Shown one piece after another: positions 1 through 25,381 of a stretch of DNA of 64,000 nucleotides. Made by a program: the position numbers and the translations under genes. This DNA is from Bugula neritina (Eukaryota > Animalia > Bryozoa). Below the pieces are notes generated by a model, which saw only the letters and a program-made list of their open reading frames with translations, was not told the origin of the DNA and searched no databases. Position 1 is the stretch's first letter, and each line of letters begins with the position of its first letter. The stretch lies in contig OZ037772.1 in assembly GCA_964035545.1 (NCBI GenBank), positions 7,982,889 to 8,046,888 of the forward strand, in the 5' to 3' direction.

Positions 1-743
1 TAGAGTTCAATCCGGAAGCTTCTACTGCCCCACCAGCAATGATGTCTTCACCTCATTCATCAGACACTCTATCTCTATCCAGTCAGTCTCCGCACTCAGA
101 TTCCACAAACATCTACCTGGATGACACAGTTCCAATAGAAACTACGGAAGTCACAGTCAGAACCCAACCCCAAGACTCATTTGAATCACAGGCTAAAAGT
201 CACCTAGGTGTAGCTACTCCAGACAAAGCTACTGGAACCAAAGTACGCACCCAACTTCAAGAATTGTTGGAGCCGCAAGCTACAAATAGCCTGAGAAAAA
301 CAACTCTAGCTGAAACTATGGTAGTCAAGGCATACACCCAATTAAAAGAATTGCTTGAAGCACAGGCTACAAGTCTTAGTGCAAAAGTTTCACCTGATAA
401 CTGTAAAGTGGAGACGGACACTGCTATGAAGACTATGCGTACTCTATTTTTATCTGCTAATAAAAGAAAATCAACCACGTCACTGTCAGAGTCTTCCCCT
501 AAATTGAAAAGATCTCTCAGTTCCCAAGTAGGAAACAGGTACCTCCAAACTGTTGGCTCTAAGGTAAATGGCCAGTCAAAGAATGTGTCAGCCAGTGAAT
601 CAGAAAATGTGTCACCCAGTGTGTCAGAGATTGTGTCACCCAGTGAGTTGAAAGATGTGTCAGTTGATGAATCAGACAATGTGTCACAAGAAACTCTGCC
701 CCAAAGTTATGGCAGTGAGGAAATGCCAGAGACAAATTTCTGA
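1..743 (+). CDS. Terminal exon (5'-partial) of an upstream gene; S/T/E-rich disordered tail, probably another member of the Bcl-2-like cluster
   Basis: Frame is open from the window start (..EFNPEAS..) to TGA at 743, with AATAAA at 859-864. KRKSTTSLSE resembles KRKASTSSSLE (gene A) and KRKATLSSSE (gene B). Internal repeat TQLQELLEPQAT/TQLKELLEAQAT. Confidence 0.6.
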   Translation, partial: EFNPEASTAPPAMMSSPHSSDTLSLSSQSPHSDSTNIYLDDTVPIETTEVTVRTQPQDSFESQAKSHLGVATPDKATGTKVRTQLQELLEPQATNSLRKTTLAETMVVKAYTQLKELLEAQATSLSAKVSPDNCKVETDTAMKTMRTLFLSANKRKSTTSLSESSPKLKRSLSSQVGNRYLQTVGSKVNGQSKNVSASESENVSPSVSEIVSPSELKDVSVDESDNVSQETLPQSYGSEEMPETNF

Positions 744-1425
744 ACCTATTTCAGAGAGTTTTATAATAAGATTTAGTAATTTCATATTCAAATTTTGTAG
801 TGAATGTTTTAGTTGTGCTAGTTAGCCTTACATAACTTTGCATGTATAATTTTATTGAAATAAATCTAAAGCGTATATTAAAAGCATAATTCACATTTAT
901 GTCACAATATAAATCTTTTTTATAAATATCACACAGCGCATTTGGGTAACATTAATAGTAGCATGATTTAAATTGCACATCTTCACATACACAAAACCAT
1001 GTATGATGGCATTACAGCATTCAAAAAACAATTTATGTCTATTGGATAAGAAATAATTGTTCGTTCATCAAGCAAAAACACAGCAAATAATACACCAAAT
1101 ACACCAAATAAAAATTTATAACTTTGAATAGGATTATATGATATATGAATTTATTATCTCTCTGTCACTCCATACGACTATTGACTATGACTGTTTCATG
1201 GATTAGGCTTGGATTTGGTAGCTGGATTATGAAATTATTATAATACAACATAATTATATTGATATCCTCTAATAATACAGCTTAATAATTGCTCATTTTG
1301 AATAGTAATCTTGTACAAACAAGAGATTTCAAATATAGACACTTCAATGATATGAGAGGTGTTGGGTATGGAACAATAATTGTTTGTGCTAATATCTTCA
1401 TAGTTTGTAAGAGCCATCAACTAAT

Positions 1426-8128
<6,703 letters not shown>

Positions 8129-9036
8129 TTTAGTACTGCTGGTATTGTGATGTGTTTAGGTAGCAATGCAAGCATTTAATTAAAATTACATAGCTATATT
8201 ATAAGGTATAGAAACATCAATATTTGTTGTACAACAATGGGCTTGTGTTTTGCAGTTCTATGCATTGGCTTGGAGACTGAGAGTATGAATGTGTGCAGTT
8301 ATGGATTTGTGTTATAATTCTATGAAACTTTATTAATAAGTAATGAAATTGTGCTTTGAGATTAGTCGCACTTGTCAGTTGAAAGAACAATGTGAGTTTT
8401 AAAAAACAATAAAACAAGATTATTTATGCCTATCAAATACATTTGGGTATCTCAGTGTATAGCAGCAACTTGCTAAAACTCTCCTAAGAGATTACTCTAA
8501 AGTTAGCGTTGGCTGCATGTTTGCTATCTAATTTTACTAAGAATTAATAGTGAAGATGTAACAACATAAATACATGCAATTTTTCAATCCTATTGAATTG
8601 AAATAAACTTTTTTTACAAAAGATAGACTGGGGAATGACAAAGTAACTTGTTTTGTATGATTGTGCCCTAGCTGAAGCCAAAACATGTTATCATAGCACT
8701 TTCTTTTACTTACCATTGTGTCGTGCCAATTAACATTCTCCCCATGTTGGTAACTCAGTCCTATCAACATTCAAAATGTTGCAGAAAATCAGTAAACAAA
8801 TGTATTTGTGATACTAAGAGTACATAGTGAAGGCTATATATATATATATAACTATGCAGATTGCTAAGTAGCAAACCCTGGAAGTCAATAGCTTCAAGTC
8901 AATTAGACTACCAGTTCTCCTGTATTGCAACTCCTAATTAAAAATTTTTGTTGAGGGCTAAACAACTATTTAAAAGTTTAGACCATCCAAAATTCTCTAA
9001 TCCTGTAGTTTATTGTAGTAAGTTTTAAATTGTAGT

Positions 9037-9100
9037 TTGGTTGTTTGTTTGTTTGTTTGTCTGTTTGTTTGTTTGTTTGTTTGCTTGTTTGTTTGTTTCT
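9037..9100. repeat. (GTTT)n microsatellite
   Basis: Direct observation. Confidence 0.85.
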
Positions 9101-9879
9101 TTGTATCCTGCAGCAAACCTGTGTCATTCAAAGTAAATGCTTCCCAGTTAGATACTATTTATTTATTTTGGTACGATATATGTATTTTATGTGCAATTTA
9201 TGTAAATATTACTGAAAAATATGTAGTTTAAAAAAGATTTGATTATTTGTTTGTTATAAAGCACATAAATCAATTCCTTTGATTTGTATTAACTTTATAA
9301 CTTTCTCTTTTTATATCTTCTTGCTGTTGGAAAAAATATTTCAATAACAAGTATTTATTAAAGGTATAATGTCTGTAATTATTAGTGTTTTACAATGTTT
9401 TTTGTCCCACACCAATCCGTGAAAATTGGAATACTATTCCAAATAATTCATATTATGTAACTATCATTTCATGTTTAGTAATCAATACAACAGTTATATA
9501 TGTATATATAGGTATACATGTATTTCTATATTTATTCTTTCACACCTATACGGTCGTAGTCCTGTACGGGTGACCGGACATGATTTCTATATATTGCTAT
9601 TGTACCAAAATAGAAAATAACATTCAAATGGAAACATTTATTTGGGATATGGAACCAGAAAAGCTACCATTCCATGATTTTGCAGTTAGAATGTTATGAG
9701 CAATTTACTAATATTACATTTCCAGTAAAAATACAAGTCTTATAGCTTTACTTATTGTCAACATATGCTACAGAGCACCATAGTACTATATGTGTAGTGA
9801 CAGAGATAGTTTAGCTATTAAAATATTCTAGAATTTTTGTCATTGGAGCACACTTGGTTTAAACAGCATTTTCTTTTCG

Positions 9880-10081
9880 TGGACATCATCACTTTGTAAA
9901 AAGTGATTTTAAGTGAAACTTAAAGAAATTTTCAGAAGTTTCATAGCCAACGTCTTTTGTTAGCTTGAAGCTTTCAATAGCTCGTTATCTTTAAAAGCTG
10001 GCATAGCTAGGCTACAGGCAGCTTCAATATTTCAATATAAGAAGAACCTCTGTGAATCAAACAAGCATTCATGAGGAAAAG
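9880..10081 (+). promoter_or_regulatory. Proximal promoter/5' UTR of gene A, conserved with gene B; TATA-like TATAAG at ~10036
   Basis: Blocks TCATCACTTT.TAAAAAG, CTTTTGTTAGCTT, AGCTGGCAT.GCT and CAGCTTCAATATTTC.ATATAAGAA are shared with 18880-19113. Confidence 0.55.
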
Positions 10082-16090
<6,009 letters not shown>

Positions 16091-16702
16091 CTTCTGATAT
16101 TACCACTAATTTTTTTGCTGTAGTGTAATTTATATAGTACTTATTTTTTCAACCTCATTGTGATACCTTTTTTCATCAAAAAGTTATTTTTTCTTGTTTG
16201 TTTATAGCTTGTGACTGGTTGAGTTGCTAAAAATTCCCACAATTTGTTTTGTTTGAAGCTGTAGTTACTTCCAAAGATGATAAAAATAAATATTTGTTAT
16301 CTCTATATTTTGTTCTATTTAAATTTTACTAGCATCTTACTTGATTGATTTAACTTTGTTGAAGAAAATGCACAGTGATGAGTTGGCATGCTGAGCATTT
16401 TAAGCATAACAAATCAATGACTGAAAGTTGAGTTCTGATTATTTCATTGCATACTTTCTTAGGTATATACCATGGTAACACAACTCCTTATGGTCAGATA
16501 TACATGGGGGACAACCCTTACAATATTTTCTTAGGTGTTATAGCAGCAAAAAGTTGCACATATCAAGCATTAGAATAACATTTTAGATTTTGTATAATTG
16601 TAAAAAAAACTGCTTTTACTGGATTCAAACAAAAGGTTCTTTAGCTTGGAAGCCACTGTGCTACATATTACAATATTATAGATTCTACTTAAAAATTTCA
16701 GA

Positions 16703-16914
16703 GGGAGCAGCTATGGTCTAGAGATTAGACTGATTTCTTATTAAACCAGAGGTTATGGGTTCAATCTCCAGTAAAGGCCATTGGTAATGTTAAGAAGAGC
16801 ATCCAGTTATAATTGCTCCTGTGTCTCATCTGAATAAGTCCTCAGCTCAATTTAACAAAAAATCTTTTTAGCAAGAGTTTCGCACAGGAATGACAATTAT
16901 AAACTTGCTTGAGT
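16703..16914 (+). mobile_element. SINE family 2 copy (near full length)
   Basis: A-box-like TGGTCTAGAG, B-box-like GGTTCAATCTCC, and the shared body seen in more than 12 copies in the window. Confidence 0.8.
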
Positions 16915-17875
16915 TTTTATCAGTTTCAAATAATATTTTGTTCACAACATTATTTATTTTGTCAATGGAAAGTAGCAGCTACAATAAAAGCATTGTGAAC
17001 CCAACTCTATAAAATTCAAAATAAGTTATTGCATTTTAGTGATCAAAGATAAACCTTAACTATCGGGTTCCTTACTTTTTATTGGTAAGGTTAGCTAACG
17101 TAACCTCACCAATATCAGCTGAGATAAAAAAATTGACAATGGCAGTCATTTTATAGAAGATAATGTTTTACAAATTTTCAAACATATTTTGGCACAGTTC
17201 AAAAGAAATACATGCAATTGCCGTCAGGACTTTTTGAAGTTAGTGGCAGTTTATGGATGTACTGGTATAAAGTGTGCATGTTTAATTGTCAACAGCAAAA
17301 GTGCATAAGTCGGCAAAGTATTTTTCCTTACAAATAGATGATACAGACAAAAATGTTACGTATACACTTTTTCCTTTGATTGCTATTGCAATAAACCCTT
17401 TACTGAAAGCTCTTTTTGAGCTAATATTGAAATACAAAACTGCTTGTCTAGGATCTAATCAATAAGCACAAGAGTTATGTTAAGCCAGCCACCTATAGCT
17501 TTAACAATTATGATATTCATTTTTATACATTAGATTATATCAAATATATTATTTATATATTGTTTTATATTAGCTACCGTGTCTTTACAAGAGAAAACAA
17601 ATTTACTTAGGGTTTTTGCAATAGACTGTGCTAGGAAATTTGCACTTTAGGAACATCTCAGATCAAACAGCGCATTTGCTGTATATCAACATTTATTGTT
17701 TTAAGAACTTCATTCCTGTCATTTTTATTTTGCTCTCCAATTGCCTTTTGAGATGGCCTGAAAGTTTTGAGGCTTGAGGTCTATTTTCTGTTGGGTTGAT
17801 TCATATGCAGTATATTCTATTTACAATGAAATAATACTAGGCGTCTAGTTAATCCCGCCCATAAATGAAATGTTG

Positions 17876-18293
17876 TTGGGTCATTTTTACTTAATTTAGT
17901 ACACACTGGAGATCTCTAGTTTTTAGCTATTTTTCACAATTTAATTGCTAATGAACAAGTGTTTTTACTTAAAATTAATAAAATATCAATAATAATAAAA
18001 TAATCAAAGTTCTTTTTAATTTTGCTTGACTTCCCACGTTTTTCCTATTTATTTAGCTAATTTTGATTGTGGACCATTACGAAAAAAACCATAACAGTCC
18101 GCAATTAAAAATGGCTGAACGATTAGGAAAAAACATGGGAAACCAAGCAAAATTAAAAAGCACTTTAATTATTTAGGTGTATATTAATTGATATTTTACT
18201 AGTTTTAGACAAAAACATTTGTTCATTAACAGCTAAATTGTGAAAAATAGCTAAAAACCGAAGATTTTCAGTGTGTACTAAATTAAGTAAAAT
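17876..18293. mobile_element. Long palindromic (foldback) MITE
   Basis: ~200 bp imperfect inverted arms (GGGTCATTTTTACTTAATTTAGTACACACTGG..CAGTGTGTACTAAATTAAGTAAAATG) around TTACGAAAAAAACCATAA; further copies at 53064 and 58037. Confidence 0.85.
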
Positions 18294-18879
18294 GTTGTTA
18301 TATTTCTGAGACTATTCTTATATATTAGAAAATCAATGGGCTCAAGTAATGCTGCACTATGGAACTAAGATTGTTATTATATGTGGTGAAAGTATTTTGT
18401 TGGTGCAGATGTACAGATGTAAAGGTCTAGGATAAATATATATAATGTTGAGCCTCTTACTATTTTATATAGTCCATTGTTCCTCTTTTATTTATTGTAT
18501 TGATTTACCATAATTTTATATATAGTCAATAATAAAACATGTAATTCCATGATGAATTTCATTCTAAATAAAATGTATTATCCAAGTTTTAAATTTAAAA
18601 AAATTACTGGAAGAGCTAAAATATTTACAACATACATGCTTTTAACTTGATTGTATCATGTTATTGCATAATTTAAATATAATTCATGCAGTTTTACATT
18701 TAGCATATTTCGCTCAATTTACCAACATAAATAAAACTTGTAGTAAAAATACAATTTATATGCGGCTGTATTTTTTAGAGCATATTCTACAACATTTTAT
18801 AATGTATATTTCTAGAATGTTGTTTTAACTGTTGATAGATTTGCCATCAAGACAAACTTTGTTTTAAAATTACACTTCC

Positions 18880-19113
18880 CTAGCTTTCATCACTTTATAA
18901 AAAGCTAAGTACACTTCAAACTAATTTTGCATGGAGAGACGGTAGGGGGGGAGTTTTTCATAATGCAAATAAATCCAACAGCTTTTGTTAGCTTAAGCTT
19001 TGAACATCTTGGATCCTTAGAATAGCTGGCATGGCTTAGTCACAACAGCTTCAATATTTCTATATAAGAAAACCTGCTGTGAGTAAAACATGCATATATC
19101 CAAAGAAGAAAAG
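18880..19113 (+). promoter_or_regulatory. Proximal promoter/5' UTR of gene B; TATATAAG at ~19061
   Basis: Homologous to 9880-10081. Confidence 0.55.
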
Positions 19114-22100
19114 ATGGCATATGAGGAGGAAGCAACTCCAAGGAGATGGGCTGCAAACCGACTTGATAAATTTAGTGAAGCCTGTAGACCTAGAAATGCC
19201 TTGACAACTGTTGCTCTATACAGGTTAAGTACACAGGCTATCTTCTCAAATAGTCTAGAATCTTATTTATCAGCAGATTAAATAATATTATTATAATTAG
19301 ATATTATAATTAAATAGCATAATTTATGTTTATGTTTAGAATTAAATTCATATACACAGTACAGTAGGTTTAGCAATCATGTCTATGGCACCTTATCATT
19401 AGCTATTATGTGAAGCTTTTTTTATTCTAGTTGTTCTATTTTCAAGTTTACATGTTGTTCTTTATTTTAAAATAATATTGTTGAGGTTGTTTTTACACAA
19501 CTAACATTAAAATATAACTTATAGCAAAGGTTCACCAACTACAAGTATTTTAAAGTTGACGCTGTGAAAATTTATTCTAAAACATGAAACTGAAACATGA
19601 AACTTTAGATAATTTCTGACACAGCAAAACTATATTTTTTTATAACATCAACTTTTAATTTGATTTGCTAGATATCAATGTAACATTGCTGTATTGTTTC
19701 AATGGCATTATATAGATATAGAACATGTTTCTTTTGATGGCAAAAGCTTTTAAAAACTTGGCAGTTGTTTGGTCTTCTGTTAGTGTGGTATACAAAACCC
19801 AATAATTTGTTGTTCTGCATTCTTATTGGTTCATGATAACAGTTTCAGAGATAACCTGTCTGAGCAGAAGATCAGAGAGTTTATATCAAAAAGATCATTT
19901 ATCAAATCATTCTGGGAGACAGAAATAAATGGCATTCTCAAACAATATAGTAAGTAAATCAGTTACTTAGTCAGTTAGTTATTCAGTCAGTCAGTCAGTT
20001 AGTTAGTCAGTTAGTGAGTTATTCAGTCAGTCAGTTAGTTAGTCAGTTAGTGAGTTATTCAGTTAGTGAGTTATTCAGTCAGTCAGTTAGTCAGTTAGTC
20101 AGTTATTCAGTCAGTCAGTTAGTTAGTTAGTCAGTTAGTCAGGCAGTCAGTCAGTCAGTTAGTAAGTTAGTTATTCAATCAGTCAGTCAGTCAGAGTTCC
20201 AAAACTAATGCATGCATACTTAAATATAGTTTGCGACATACAGTTTTTTTGGTAATTATGTATGCTGTTACAGATTTTTAATTTGTGTAGCATTTATAAT
20301 TCCAAATGAAGATCTAACTATAGTAGCTATAGATCTCTAAATATGTCAATTTTGTTAGGAAGCATTCGGTATTGCTATAATTGAGATACCAGCTTCTATG
20401 GTACAAGAATTGTTTTTTAATTTTGAGAAACATTATTATTAAGCACAAATATTATTTATCTAAAGTAGGTTTGTAGAGTCATAATATTACCCAGTAGTCC
20501 TTGTGATGTAATGGCTAGCATGCCTGCTTGCAAGCTGGAGGTCTTGGGTTTGAATCCTAGCAGGACAGAAGTTATACGATGTTATCCTCTAACTTTTTGG
20601 TTTCCATGAGTTCTTCTCAAAATGTTTTCATTCTGCAGCCCACCTAATCAGAAGTCAGAAGGGCTACTCAAAAACCTGTGGACATTTTATGACGACATTG
20701 CTGGATCGAAATGACCTCAGAGCTTTGCGTTTATCACTCAAAGATCTGATTAGAACGTTCTTTTTCGATTTAACGACAGTGAAGTTCCATGATGATTGCT
20801 TAATGATGGTAGGTGAATCTTTCAACTCTCTTGTTATAAAAGGAAATAAAGTCATGGAAACTTTTTATGACCTTCTCTACAACTCATTGTTACAAGATAT
20901 GCTACAACATAGAGCTACTGCTGCTATAGTGTTGCAGTAATTATTGTTTATTCTTCTATTATACTATAGTTTACCATTCTAGTGCTACTTCCCATCTTTC
21001 TGGAGCTCTTTCTCATTTTTTCTAGCATTCTTCTTAAGAATTGCTTTTGCTGCCGCTACTATTGTTAGTAGCGGCAGCGGCAGCGGCAGCGGCAGGGGCA
21101 GCGGCAGCGGCAGCGGCAGCGGCAGCGGCAGCGGCAGCGGCAGCAGCAGTAGCAGTAGCAGTAGCATTAGCATTAGCATTAGCAGTATAGCAATTGCAGC
21201 AACAGCAGTAGCAGTATAGCAATTGCATCAATGATTGCATAAATTACTCAATTGACAAGAAATGCTTAACTTCCAAATTTCTATACTATGTAGCTAATGG
21301 TAGTGTTTGGAGAGTTGGCCAACCATCTGCTGGCAAGTGGGAGTGAAGTAAACCAAGTAGTAGAGCTGCTAGATTTGGCAAGCGCAGTCATCCGCTCCTT
21401 TGTTTATAACTTTGGGAAACAAGTTGTAAGTTACTCTGAACCTAATTTAGGTTTTTCTTTTCAAAAAATGAAACTTTTTACAACATTTAGTTTTTTAAAA
21501 AAGTGACCAAATTGAAGTCATTGATTTCATGCAGTGCCAATTGTAATCAGCTGCATTTATTTGACAAATTCTCTGTCTGCTAACTATTACGGAATTAATT
21601 GGAATTTTATAAAGATTTGTGGAACATTTTTGCCATGCAGGCGCACAGTTGGAATATATATATATTATATTTAGTGACATATGGCTTGATATAGAAATGA
21701 TTGGGTGTAGCCCCTGTAGGTGCTTAAATTTATCAACCACACTACTAGTGTTTTAGCTACTCTTTATGAAATACGTACAGAACCACTATTGTTAAGTTGT
21801 ATCTTGTTGAAAAGTTTAGAGATAGCTATCAGTAAGCATGTTTCTCAATCGTTTACACAGACTTTACTAATAACTTCACATTTTTGGAGTTAGCTTTCCT
21901 TTTAGAGTTAGTCCTCCTTTTGGAGTTAGCTTTCCTTTTGGAGTTAGCCCTCCTTTTTGCAGTTAGCCTTCTTTTCAAGAGTTATCCTGTATTTTGGAGG
22001 TGTCACTCCTCTCTACCAATAAAATTCATGACTTCGGGATTAGAAACTACCTGCTTGTACATCGTTCTCATTTGTCGATTTTAATTGCAGCAAACGTGGA

Positions 22101-25100
22101 GAGACAAATCCGTTTGGTTATTAGACGCTACACGGAGGATTAAGCTAACCGACTCTGAATGGATATTCCAAGACTCGTACAAGATAATGCCGGACTCACA
22201 TCCATTCTACAGTAAATCAATCGGTGATTTATTTCATTCCTATGCTGTAAGCCACGATTTCAGTCTAACTGGACAACGAACCAATAGCATCACTTCAGCT
22301 AGCAAGGATGTAGTTAGCTCCGTAATATCCTCCATACTTGATGCTAGGTATGACCTCCTTCTTGTATTACAGCAGCCATGTTTGGGTAGGATTGTGATTT
22401 CTTACATATAACAACGTACCCAAGTTTATAGTCACCATCCTTGTTAGAAAACCCTTGATAGAAAGAGTTTTTGTTAGAACTGGTTTAAAGACTTATTCAG
22501 ATGTGACACAGGAGCAATTATGACTGAATGCTCTTCCTAACATCACCAATGGTCTTTTGTCAGGGTTCGAACCCATGATTTCATGCTTACTAGGCAAACG
22601 CTGTAACTCCTAGACCATGGCTGCTTCTTACATACATTTACAGTATTTCTTAGATTGTATAGTCAGATTTTATATCTTATTTTGACATTCTATTTTATGC
22701 TTTATCTGTATTACCATAATTATTGATTTTATTTTCATTAAATTTTATTTTGCTTTTTTTATACAGAGAAAATTCGCAACCCTCTGTAAATATCATAGTT
22801 GTTAGAGAGCCCTTCGAGATGCGAGTCATTAACTATGGTTAGTATAATATCTATTGATATATGTTTATAGAAGTCTATCCTATGTAACTTGCATGCTTGT
22901 CGTATACTTATGAAATAATATGGCTTGTCCGTATATTGAAAACCTTAACATATATAAAAACTAATGTGCTCTTAACTCAGTCGTCAATTGCCAATGATAT
23001 TTAGTTAGTTGTTCTATTGTCCCAATCATTGAATTCATTGCTGCCATTCAACTGTGTTCATGATTTGATACTACTAAATTTGAAATTGAAAATGTAACTT
23101 TATTTCAGGAACTCTTGGCATTTGAGACTTTGGGTGCTAAAGCAACTTCTCTTCATTTAAAAACTCCCTAACAATGTCTGAAACAATCAATATGCTTCTC
23201 AAAACAGGGAGCATCTTGAATAAGTTTCTTCTTTATGGTGATATGTCAAAGCAAACAATTTGGGGTCTTTAAAACTTTTTGCAAAAAGAATATTTTAACA
23301 ATTTTTACTTGTGTAAAATGGTGGCGAAGCAAAAACTAGTTTTATACAATTTTATTCAACATTAGATCTATTGATTTAACTTTGGCAACTCTTCTGTATA
23401 TAGAAATAGATTATGTTTAGAATCTAGAATAAAGTATTAAGTATGTAAATTTAAGTATGCTATTTTCTAGCCAATTGGATAGAAACCTCAGACCAATATC
23501 TGATGATTAAAAGGAGAATCAATCAAAAGCTTGCAACTCAAAACAAACATGACCTTCTCCGCTTTCTTCTGATGCACATTCTCCCTGACTACAGGACCCC
23601 AACTTACGATAGAATCATCATGGTAATTTTGCAGCAGTGCAACTGACACATCTTTCATTAACTTCATAATTTGACACTTTGTTTCATGAGAGTCTATATA
23701 ATGCTTTATTTATTTTTAAACATTTAGCAGCTTTATTTCTCTTGAATTCTCAAGAACTTTCAAATCTTCTACTTTTTAGTGAAAAGGTAGCGTGTATTGC
23801 ATTTTTTGGCATATGAAATATAAAGTGACAGAGAGTGCAAAATTGAATTGAAAATTAATTTAAGAGTTAGGAGAATTGCAATATCCCCTTTACTGTTACT
23901 ATAACTTGCCTTTAAGATCACCAGCAGGTTCGAACCAAAAGAACTTTTTTTTACAATACTAAACATAATTCATAGGTGATTCTGGTAGCAATTCATGTGA
24001 TTGGAAAAGAAGCGAATGAAGATATGGCAACTGCAATTGAAAAGATGGTTCAACCAATAGTGAGACACCTAGAACTGCGATCACCTTTGCTAAAGAAAAT
24101 GTTTACAATGGGACTGGTAATTTTATAAACTTTATAAAAAAGTAAACCAAAATTATACAATGTTTAAAAGTTGGTATATTAATGCATTTAGTGTTGAGTT
24201 TACACAGTGGACTCTGTGGTGCAATGGTTAGCACACCTACTTGTAAGCCACAGGTTTCGGGTTCAAATCCCAGTGAGGGCAAAAGTTTTATGTCGTGTGT
24301 GGTTTTGTAGAAGAGCATTGAAAAGGAAGAAATCTTCTCAACAATTTTAACTCGAAAGGTTGACACAATGCGACTATTAGCGGAGCCCCTAGATCCTGTC
24401 CAACCAGAAGAAGACTTTGATTTGAAAAGAGCCCAGGCATTCCTTACCTTCCAAGAAAGACTTTCACCATATATAATTGATCCAGATTTGTCTCCCCAGT
24501 GCGTTAAAAGTGTGGAATCGGAGCCAAATACTACTGCCTCTACAATAGGGACGTCTGCAAGCACTTCTGCTGCGGAGCTACCTCGAAGCTCAGATTTCCC
24601 TCTACAATCAGAAATTCTACCCTCGGAATTCATTATACAAGAAGAGTCACCAACAAAAACTAATGAAAAACATGATTTGGTTGTGGCAGGTACAAAAGAA
24701 GAAGATTTAGCAATGACAGAGACAAAAAAAGAAAACTTAGCAATGAAAGATACAAAAGAAGAAAGATTACCAATTGAAAACCCAAAAGAGGAAGTCTTTC
24801 CAACGACAGAAGCTGAAGAAGTGAAACTACCAATGAAGGAAGTTGGAAATAAAGAGTCAGCTAGAAAAGGTGCTGCAGAAGCTATGTTATCAGTGAAAGG
24901 AGCTGGACAAATCAAGTCACCGATGAGAGTTGCTGGACAAATCAAGTCACCAATGAGAGTTGCTGGACAAATTAAGTCACCGATGAGAGTTGCTGGACAA
25001 ATCAAGTCACCAATGAGAGTTGCTGAACAAATCAAGTCGCCAATGAGAGTTGCTGGACAAGTTAAGTCACTAATGAGAGTTGCTGGACAAATCAAGTCAC

Positions 25101-25381
25101 CGATGAGAGTTGCTGGACAAATCAAGTCACCAATGAGAGTTGCTGGACAAGTTAAATCACCAATGAAAGAAGGTGAAGAGGTTAAGTTACCTGTGGAAGA
25201 AGGTGGAGATGGTGACTCAGCTAGAAAACGTGCTGGAACTACAAACTCTTCTGAAGAGTTAGAATCTATAGTAAGAAGTTCTCCAATGAAAAGGAAAGCA
25301 ACTTTAAGTTCTTCAGAACAATCTTCAGGGACAAAAGGAGCAGCATGCAGCTCACCTAAACAAAAGTTTCCTGATAAGTAA
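19114..25381 (+). CDS. Gene B: divergent tandem double Bcl-2-like-domain protein with (AGQIKSPMRV)x9 tail, ~736 aa; closest paralog of gene A
   Basis: join 19114-19223, 19843-19949, 20639-20808, 21294-21425, 22091-22347, 22767-22837, 23471-23622, 23976-24116, 24311-25381; all GT-AG and in frame. Exon sizes 110/107/170/132/152/141 are identical to gene A. Confidence 0.85.
19958..20195. repeat. (TCAG/TTAG)n tetranucleotide repeat
   Basis: Direct observation; intron 2 of gene B. Confidence 0.9.
20488..20570 (+). mobile_element. tRNA-derived short repeat (family 1)
   Basis: TTACCCAGTA leader + GTCCTTGTGATGTAATGGCTAGC..GCTTGCAAGC..GGGTTTGAATCC. Confidence 0.75.
21066..21215. repeat. (GCAGCG)n/(GCAGTA)n repeat
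   Basis: Direct observation; intron 3 of gene B. Confidence 0.9.
22416..22627 (-). mobile_element. SINE family 2 copy
   Basis: Reverse-complement match to 16703-16914. Confidence 0.8.
24202..24284 (+). mobile_element. tRNA-derived short repeat (family 1)
   Basis: GGACTCTGTGGTGCAATGGTTAGCAC..GGGTTCAAATCCCAGTGAGGGCA. Confidence 0.75.
24902..25171 (+). repeat. Coding 30-bp minisatellite (9 units, AGQIKSPMRV) in gene B
   Basis: gctggacaaatcaagtcaccgatgagagtt repeated in frame. Confidence 0.92.

Noticed and set aside
18945-18960. NF-kB-like site upstream of gene B
   Set aside because: It lacks the 3' CC of the consensus and is not conserved in gene A.
24202-24284. Functional tRNA genes (also 39602, 48481, 48715)
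   Set aside because: Stems are mismatched and copies differ from each other, including in the anticodon region; treated as tRNA-derived repeats.
24103-25125. Minus-strand 340-aa ORF, or a CRISPR-like array from the 30-bp repeats
   Set aside because: Antisense shadow of the gene B last exon; the repeats are contiguous with no spacers, in a eukaryotic context.
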